A stretch of DNA of 64,000 nucleotides, from positions 1 to 64,000 of the IMG/VR virus record IMGVR_UViG_3300017917_003016. The stretch is one strand, 5' to 3'. A model generated the notes under the pieces. It was not told where the DNA came from and ran no database searches. It saw nothing but the letters and a program-made list of their open reading frames with translations. Both the position numbers and the translations under genes were made by a program. This document shows, piece after piece, positions 58,900-64,000 of this stretch. The stretch's first letter is position 1. The number at the start of each line of letters is the position of its first letter. Source of the DNA: a virus (Duplodnaviria > Caudoviricetes).

Positions 58900-59118
58900 A
58901 TGAATCAAAAAATTCGTGAGTTTATTCAAAGGTCTTATCCTCAAGTTGACCTTGACCAAGAAATTGCCAATCGCGATGAATTGCCTAAAGAAGTTGAGCA
59001 TTTGGTTACCCTAGTGGTGGAAGAATGTCTTAAGGTTAGTGGCCGCACCCCCACAGTGTGGCCTTTTGCCTTTATAGATTTTAACAAGGTAATCAGACGA
59101 CATTTTGGCCTAGATTAG
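58900..59118 (+). CDS. Hypothetical protein
   Basis: 72 aa; LVTLVVEECLKV...IRRHFG. Confidence 0.55.
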   Translation: MNQKIREFIQRSYPQVDLDQEIANRDELPKEVEHLVTLVVEECLKVSGRTPTVWPFAFIDFNKVIRRHFGLD

Positions 59119-59181
59119 ATTTTGGTTGACCTTTTGTTCCTGTGATCTTATAATAGTGGCATAACGTAAAACACAGGAGCA
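59116..59181 (+). promoter_or_regulatory. Early promoter-leader-RBS cassette P3, near-copy of P1
   Basis: TAGATTTTGG-TTGACC(59126)-N17-TATAAT(59149)-AGTGGCATAACGTAAAACACAGGAGC. Confidence 0.9.
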
Positions 59182-59185
59182 AGGC

Positions 59186-59446
59186 ATGAACAGTCAAGCC
59201 ATTCAAACTGCTATCTATACTTGGGCAACCAACGGTAGTTTTTCTGCACCTTACGGTGTGCTCACTGGCCAACACGCCAGTCGCAATGGTCGCAACTATC
59301 ATTCAGTGACCTTTGGTCGTGCCCGCAGTCTGGACTGCGAAGTGCAGATCTACAACAGGAATTTTATTGTAGTACGTACTAACCGTCATGGTAGCCAGGT
59401 ATTTCGTAACTACCAAGACTGTCAAAACTTCCTGGATACTCTGTAA
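59186..59446 (+). CDS. Early hypothetical protein
   Basis: 86 aa directly after P3. Confidence 0.75.
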   Translation: MNSQAIQTAIYTWATNGSFSAPYGVLTGQHASRNGRNYHSVTFGRARSLDCEVQIYNRNFIVVRTNRHGSQVFRNYQDCQNFLDTL

Positions 59447-59482
59447 TTCTTCCAACAGATAAATATCTAACAAGGACCTGCA

Positions 59483-59665
59483 ATGAAAATCACTGAAGTT
59501 AGCAAGACCAATCGCCAAGCACTGCGCGAAAGCCTTGAACAGTCCAACGATACTGGTTTCAGTGTTGACGACCTTATGACTATCTACGATCTGCACAAGA
59601 ACGGTGATTGGGACTGTGTAGACGCCGATGATGAAATTGCACGTCTTGATGCTATGATTGACTAA
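59483..59665 (+). CDS. Small acidic protein, candidate antitoxin
   Basis: Late promoter GATAAATA at 59458-59465; MKITEV N-terminus; acidic C-terminal half; directly upstream of a RelE/YafQ-like gene. Confidence 0.55.
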   Translation: MKITEVSKTNRQALRESLEQSNDTGFSVDDLMTIYDLHKNGDWDCVDADDEIARLDAMID

Positions 59666-59670
59666 TCAGT

Positions 59671-60072
59671 ATGCCTGCGCCGCGCGATAATAAACCACAA
59701 ATACAAAGAAAATTTTGGCGCAGTACAGAGTACCGAGATCAGGTCAACCCAGAAAATCCAAATCGAGTCCGCGGTTCAGTCAAAGATTCTCTTAAGAGAT
59801 TTTTGAGCAGCAAAAGAACTAATCCGCAACAGTCCTACGGCAACAAAGACTATCCGTTTACATCAGCAGGGCAATTTGCCCATGAAGTTCCGGGACTGAT
59901 GCATGCTCATTTAAGTCAAGATCTTTCCATAGTCTATAAAGTTCAAGGTAACGAAATATATCTTTTTGGGATATTTTCACATGCTGACCTTGGTACCGGA
60001 AATCCTCCAAATATTCGTAAACAAACTAGTATGGCACGAAGATTTGCCAACATGACCTTTACTGAAGAATGA
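59671..60072 (+). CDS. RelE/YafQ-like mRNA interferase
   Basis: DYPFT...GLMHAHLSQDLSIVYKVQGNEIYLFGIFSHADL parallels YafQ (DHPL...ECHIxPDWLLIY...LxLxRxGSHSDLF). Confidence 0.65.
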   Translation: MPAPRDNKPQIQRKFWRSTEYRDQVNPENPNRVRGSVKDSLKRFLSSKRTNPQQSYGNKDYPFTSAGQFAHEVPGLMHAHLSQDLSIVYKVQGNEIYLFGIFSHADLGTGNPPNIRKQTSMARRFANMTFTEE

Positions 60073-60078
60073 CTCTTT

Positions 60079-60133
60079 GGTTGACAACCCTGCTCTAGAC
60101 CTGTATAATAGCGGTACAGTGAACAACAAGGAG
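60079..60133 (+). promoter_or_regulatory. Early promoter P4
   Basis: GG-TTGACA(60081)-N17-TATAAT(60104); AAGGAGC RBS. Confidence 0.9.
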
Positions 60134-60141
60134 CAACAACA

Positions 60142-60297
60142 ATGACCCACAATGAAATCATGGACGAATGGGCACGTCGACTCAATTACGTTGCACAACT
60201 GTTCCGTGAAGGTGAGATTGATCTGTGTGAGTTTGACGAACGCAACGCTGCGGTGCAAGGTTGGTTTGACACTGAGTATGCCAAGGTAGTTGGTTAA
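60142..60297 (+). CDS. Small early protein (51 aa)
   Basis: MTHNEIMDEWARRLNYVAQLFREG...; follows P4; not in the ORF track. Confidence 0.7.
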   Translation: MTHNEIMDEWARRLNYVAQLFREGEIDLCEFDERNAAVQGWFDTEYAKVVG

Positions 60298-60316
60298 TTT
60301 TAACAAGGAGCGCACA

Positions 60317-60406
60317 ATGTATATTCCCCAACCTGTGATTATTTTTGTTGTGTCCCTTCTCATCGGCTACGGCGCTGCTGACATTTTTGCAAAATTCTTC
60401 AATTAA
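60317..60406 (+). CDS. Small membrane peptide (29 aa)
   Basis: MYIPQPVIIFVVSLLIGYGAADIFAKFFN; AAGGAGC RBS. Confidence 0.6.
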   Translation: MYIPQPVIIFVVSLLIGYGAADIFAKFFN

Positions 60407-60431
60407 TCACTTGCTCAATCAGGAGATAACT

Positions 60432-60701
60432 ATGACTGCACAAGAAATCGTTCGCGAGATCGTCACTGGCAACTTCACTGCTGATGAAGTTCGCAGTTTC
60501 TACGACGCCTATAAGTTTGCTGCCAATCAACTGTCGCGCAAGGCAACCTTTACTCTGCGCCGAGGCGACAAGGTCAAGTTCAAGGACCGCTATGGTTTGG
60601 AAGTGATCGGTACTGTGCAGGACATCAAGATCAAGAACGTAGTGGTTAAGACTACGTTGTATACCTACCGTGTGCCGGCTAGCATGGTGACTGCGGCTTA
60701 A
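60432..60701 (+). CDS. Early protein with SH3/KOW-like C-terminus
   Basis: MTAQEIV...; LRRGDKVKF...GTVQDIKIKNVVV..YRVPASM; CAGGAG RBS. Confidence 0.7.
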   Translation: MTAQEIVREIVTGNFTADEVRSFYDAYKFAANQLSRKATFTLRRGDKVKFKDRYGLEVIGTVQDIKIKNVVVKTTLYTYRVPASMVTAA

Positions 60702-60703
60702 TT

Positions 60704-60907
60704 ATGATTATTACCGAAGAACGTCAAATGGTTCTGCAGGCAGTGCTTGACGGGCAACTGAGTGCAGATTATGTCACCGACGAAGAACTTATCTTTCTGC
60801 ATCACAGTCTAGCAGATTCTACTATTGAAGAAGCCATGTATGCAGCAGAGTCTCGCAATGATGTGACGGTGTTTGGTCTTGACTGGGAATATGCGCAGCC
60901 CAATTGA
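60704..60907 (+). CDS. Hypothetical acidic protein
   Basis: 67 aa, packed in the operon. Confidence 0.55.
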   Translation: MIITEERQMVLQAVLDGQLSADYVTDEELIFLHHSLADSTIEEAMYAAESRNDVTVFGLDWEYAQPN

Positions 60908-61106
60908 CACCAAAAGATATCCTTATCAGGTTGTGGTTGTTGAGCCTATACCAGTCATGGCACACATTTGGTTAAAAAATAATCAAATTGATCACAAGGA
61001 CTCCTTTACTGAGGGTGCTGCTGTGGGACAGTTAGATCCTCTGGTGCGTTGTATCTATTTTGCCGATGCTCGTGATGCTGCTTGGTTTGCTTTGAAGTGG
61101 TCATAA
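60891..61106 (+). CDS. Hypothetical protein
   Basis: Ends in IYFADARDAAWFALKWS. Confidence 0.55.
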   Translation: MRSPIDTKRYPYQVVVVEPIPVMAHIWLKNNQIDHKDSFTEGAAVGQLDPLVRCIYFADARDAAWFALKWS

Positions 61107-61126
61107 AATTTGAAATTAGGTAAATT

Positions 61127-61318
61127 ATGATAGAAAAAACTAGATTAGATGGATTACTGTTCGCCATGTTAGGCGACAGTCAGTTGGTAGAACGTTGGTG
61201 GTATAGTCCTAACAAGGCCTTTGACTCAGAAAGGCCGATTGATGTTTTTGTACTAGAGCCCGATCGAGTCAGAGACTATGTCATGCGTATGGCCAATCTC
61301 AACAGTGACTACGACTGA
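61127..61318 (+). CDS. Stand-alone MbcA/ParS/Xre antitoxin C-terminal-like protein
   Basis: MLGDSQLVERWWYSPNKAFDSERPIDV...VRDYV resembles the G...A..WL..PN.AL.G..P.D pattern. Confidence 0.55.
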   Translation: MIEKTRLDGLLFAMLGDSQLVERWWYSPNKAFDSERPIDVFVLEPDRVRDYVMRMANLNSDYD

Positions 61319-61380
61319 TTTTGGTTGACATTTTGGTCCGTTGATCGTACAATAGCATCATACTAACAACAACGGAGCAA
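61316..61380 (+). promoter_or_regulatory. Early promoter P5
   Basis: GATTTTGG-TTGACA(61325)-N17-TACAAT(61348)-AGCATCATACTAACAACAACGGAGC. Confidence 0.88.
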
Positions 61381-61384
61381 GACT

Positions 61385-62014
61385 ATGGCCTACTACCGCA
61401 AGCACCAAGTGGAAGAACCCCGTTTTACGGTCAAGGAGATTGTGGCCGCAGCCATTATTCAAGATGAACAACATCCCACAAAGGACGGTGTTCCGCTGAC
61501 TACTCGTGACATCCTTGAAAGCACTCCTGTGCTGCCCGTGGCTCGTGCTGAGCAAATGATTGAAGAAGTACAGCAGAATTTTACTCTCAGCATGCTGCGC
61601 GGTCGAGAGTTCAGCAACTTCAATCGCAAGTTGGCAGAAATCATCAGCGAGCCTGAAGCCAAAACCAACAGCAATTTTGGTATCCTTGCTTATGTTCCCA
61701 GTGTTCACCGTGACCTGGTCAAGACCAACACTATTACTGAACAAACCTGTGACAGCCGCTATCAAGGACGCACAGGCGAAACTTTGAATTTTACGGCTCG
61801 CGTGTTGAACTGCCGTTACATTGCCAGTTATGGTTTCTATACCGCACTGTTGCTTGACGACACCGGTAACGTCTACAGTTTCAGTCCTAAGGCTTCGCTA
61901 GATGAAGGTGCGACTGTGACCATCCGTGGCAAGGTCAAGGCACACAAGCAGGACAAGTACAACAACAACGTTGAGACTACCTATCTCAACTATGTCAAGA
62001 TTCAAAAAAATTAA
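61385..62014 (+). CDS. Early protein with a C-terminal OB-fold-like domain
   Basis: GETLNFTARVLNCRY...DDTGNVYSF...VTIRGKVKAH...TYLNYVKI. Confidence 0.7.
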   Translation: MAYYRKHQVEEPRFTVKEIVAAAIIQDEQHPTKDGVPLTTRDILESTPVLPVARAEQMIEEVQQNFTLSMLRGREFSNFNRKLAEIISEPEAKTNSNFGILAYVPSVHRDLVKTNTITEQTCDSRYQGRTGETLNFTARVLNCRYIASYGFYTALLLDDTGNVYSFSPKASLDEGATVTIRGKVKAHKQDKYNNNVETTYLNYVKIQKN

Positions 62015-62017
62015 ACA

Positions 62018-62082
62018 AGATTTGGTTGACAGGCTTACCAAAATATCATATAATAGCATCATAACGTAACAACACAGGAGCA
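62018..62082 (+). promoter_or_regulatory. Early promoter-leader-RBS cassette P6
   Basis: GG-TTGACA(62026)-N17-TATAAT(62049)-AGCATCATAACGTAACAACACAGGAGC. Confidence 0.9.
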
Positions 62083-62088
62083 GCACAA

Positions 62089-62490
62089 ATGGCCAAGATC
62101 TACACCTTCGACGAGAACATTGTTAGCGATCTGTACAAGGATGCCTATGGTCACCGCCCGGGCCAATCGTTCTGGGAAATGTGGAAGACTGTCACCGACC
62201 GTGACCGCCAAGAAATTTGGGACAACCTGCTTGAGGCTCTGGACCGTGCCGTTGAGCAAGAACGTGCTGCCCGGACTCGTGCCGAGCATGACTTCCAGTT
62301 CACTATTGCTAGCCTGATGCATGCAGGTGCCAAGGACTTTGAAATGGCCGTTCGTTGGCTACATGACGCAAACGACACCCAAGGTGACGATGAGTACCTG
62401 GAGTACAAGTTGGGAATTGGCTACGGCTATATCCGCGAGGCTCGTGAGTCCATGCAGGTTGCCAATGAACTGCTGGCACAAACCGCATAA
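62089..62490 (+). CDS. Early hypothetical protein
   Basis: 133 aa; SDLYKDAYGHRP. Confidence 0.75.
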   Translation: MAKIYTFDENIVSDLYKDAYGHRPGQSFWEMWKTVTDRDRQEIWDNLLEALDRAVEQERAARTRAEHDFQFTIASLMHAGAKDFEMAVRWLHDANDTQGDDEYLEYKLGIGYGYIREARESMQVANELLAQTA

Positions 62491-62492
62491 GT

Positions 62493-62563
62493 GGTTGACA
62501 ACTAGATCCAAAGATCATATAATACTGAAACTGTAGTACAAAACACAATAACTTTTCAGGAGC
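62493..62563 (+). promoter_or_regulatory. Early promoter P7
   Basis: GG-TTGACA(62495)-N17-TATAAT(62518); CAGGAGC RBS. Confidence 0.9.
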
Positions 62564-62570
62564 ATAGACA

Positions 62571-63398
62571 ATGAAGACTACCACTCGTACTCGCGTTCGT
62601 ATTGCCAAGGCCCCGGTCAAGACTGAAGCCCAGCGCATGCAGGAGATTGCTGAACGTTTTGAAATCCTGGATGAAATGGCCAAGGCCACTACCAACGGTG
62701 ATATCCGTGCTATGATTGTTTCGGGCCCTCCGGGTGTGGGCAAGAGTTTTGGCATCGAGCGTGTTATTGACAAGGCTGTGTTGTTTGACCAAGTGGCCGG
62801 CAAGCGTCTGCGCTGCGAAGTGGTCAAGGGTGCTGCCAGTGCCATTGGCCTGTATACCACTCTGTACAAGTACAGTGATCCTAACTGTGTTGTGGTGTTC
62901 GATGACTGTGATAGCATCCTGTTGGACGATGTCTGTCTTAACCTGCTTAAGGGTGCACTGGACTCGGGCAAGAAGCGCCGCATTTCGTGGCTCAGCGACA
63001 GCAACATTCTGCGCCGCGAAGGTGTGCCTAATCAGTTCGACTTCAAGGGTGCTGTGATCTTTATCACCAACCTTAAGTTTGATGACATGAAGAGCAAGAA
63101 GTTGGCTGACCACCTTGAGGCTCTGCAAAGCCGTTGCCACTACATTGACCTGGCTCTGGACACTACTGAAGACAAGATTCTGCGTATCAAGCAGATTGCT
63201 GCTACTGGTGAACTGTTCCAAGATTATGAGTTTGATCAGTGCGTTCAGGACGAAATCATCGAGTTTATGACTACTAACAGCAGTCATCTTCGTGAAATCA
63301 GTCTGCGTATGGCCATCAAGATTGCTGACCTGCGCAAGAGTTTCCCTGTCAAGTGGCAGGCCCTGGCTCGTACTACCTGTATGAAGGCCGCGGCGTAA
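62571..63398 (+). CDS. AAA+ / P-loop ATPase
   Basis: Walker A GPPGVGKS; Walker B VVVFDDCD; IFITN; ALQSRC arginine finger. Confidence 0.88.
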   Translation: MKTTTRTRVRIAKAPVKTEAQRMQEIAERFEILDEMAKATTNGDIRAMIVSGPPGVGKSFGIERVIDKAVLFDQVAGKRLRCEVVKGAASAIGLYTTLYKYSDPNCVVVFDDCDSILLDDVCLNLLKGALDSGKKRRISWLSDSNILRREGVPNQFDFKGAVIFITNLKFDDMKSKKLADHLEALQSRCHYIDLALDTTEDKILRIKQIAATGELFQDYEFDQCVQDEIIEFMTTNSSHLREISLRMAIKIADLRKSFPVKWQALARTTCMKAAA

Positions 63399-63408
63399 TC
63401 AATTTTGT

Positions 63409-63520
63409 CTGAGGTAATAACTCCACGTGATAACTATTTTTTGCAGTACCTCGGCGCACTTTTTATTGTCTAGCTCCTAGTGCATCGAGTTTTAAGCCCA
63501 GAGTTTTCTCTGGGCTTTTT
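63409..63520 (+). ncRNA. Candidate structured 3' UTR antisense RNA
   Basis: Stems CTGAGGTA/TACCTCGG and GCACT/AGTGC; loop ATTGTCTAGCTCCT complementary to early RBSs; ends in a terminator. Confidence 0.4.
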
Positions 63521-63522
63521 TT
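63494..63522 (+). terminator. Rho-independent terminator
   Basis: AAGCCCAGAG-tttt-CTCTGGGCTTTTTTT. Confidence 0.9.
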
Positions 63523-63567
63523 ACCTTAACAGTTGCATTTGTTTTCAACAAACTATATACTAATAAG

Positions 63568-64000
63568 ATGACCAAATATTCATATGTTGAAGACTATCTA
63601 GAACTCCTAGCAGGCTACGAACCTAACAACCTGCTCAATCAGTTTACGTATTCTTTGCCAGGTAAGATAGTTAAACTGGCCCGTTATGACATCAGTGTGG
63701 TAGAAAACATGGCCAACAACACCATATGGGGTACTGCACTAACTGATCGTCAGGCGGAATTGGCAGTCAAGTTGATTTTGAAATATCGCAGACAATTTGC
63801 TGCCAAAGGTATAGATGTTAGTCCGGTTGAAACACCCACCTTTCGAATCCCAATTAGAAAAATTGATCGAACAAAGAGCATCATACTTGATCAAGATCTC
63901 GTAAAAATTAGATTTCCCTATGATCAAAAGTATATCGATGCCATGCAAAATTTGCAGAAGCAAAACAAAGGGCTAGTGACCTTTGATAGACACTCTAAGA
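63568..64000 (+). CDS. Hypothetical protein (3' truncated)
   Basis: MTKYSYVEDYLELLAG...TALTDRQAELAVKLILKYRRQF...; open to the window end; promoter TTGCAT-N17-TATACT at 63533-63561. Confidence 0.7.
   Translation, partial: MTKYSYVEDYLELLAGYEPNNLLNQFTYSLPGKIVKLARYDISVVENMANNTIWGTALTDRQAELAVKLILKYRRQFAAKGIDVSPVETPTFRIPIRKIDRTKSIILDQDLVKIRFPYDQKYIDAMQNLQKQNKGLVTFDRHSK

Noticed and set aside
56075-62563. Repeated 60-70 bp elements as a CRISPR array
   Set aside because: Separated by whole genes at irregular distances, composed of -35/-10/RBS, and no cas genes
62309-63287. 232-aa and 243-aa minus-strand ORFs opposite the ATPase
   Set aside because: Antisense shadows of a gene with clear Walker motifs, promoter and RBS on the plus strand
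1-64000. Stop-codon reassignment as in some large phages
   Set aside because: Conserved genes are intact under code 11 and end at TAG (gp17, ahcY), TGA (gp13) and TAA
1-64000. tRNA, rRNA, introns/inteins, integrase or transposase
   Set aside because: No T-loop/cloverleaf pattern seen in the short intergenic gaps; terminase, UvsX and sheath are uninterrupted. A tRNAscan/Infernal run would be decisive

Overview
A 64-kb segment of a large T4-like tailed phage (myovirus). All family calls come from motif recognition by eye; no database search was run. 1-35 kb: virion and replication genes, including a 2107-aa repeat-rich fibre, gp15/gp14/gp13 neck, dNMP kinase, gp18 sheath, gp19 tube, gp4, a block of probable capsid-internal proteins, gp17 terminase, gp32, UvsX and UvsY. 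35-43.5 kb: auxiliary metabolic island with an RNA polymerase omega-like gene, two fatty-acid desaturases, ahcY, a phasin-like gene, a PlcP-like phosphoesterase plus GT4 glycosyltransferase, and rubrerythrin plus a DUF3501-like gene. Several of these cassettes sit behind sites resembling host PhaR, PhoB and OxyR boxes. 43.8-56 kb: nucleotide-sugar and glycosyltransferase cluster. 56-64 kb: early gene region with seven near-consensus GGTTGAC-N-TATAAT promoters, an L7/L12-like protein, a late-promoter-driven YafQ-like toxin pair, an orphan MbcA/ParS-like antitoxin and an AAA ATPase. T4-type late promoters (consensus NATAAATA) occur throughout. The strongest novelty candidate is a structured 3' UTR element (63460-63478) complementary to the SD plus start codon of the upstream ATPase gene and to the shared RBS of other early genes, possibly an antisense RNA switch. 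No tRNA, rRNA, CRISPR array, integrase or reverse transcriptase was seen.
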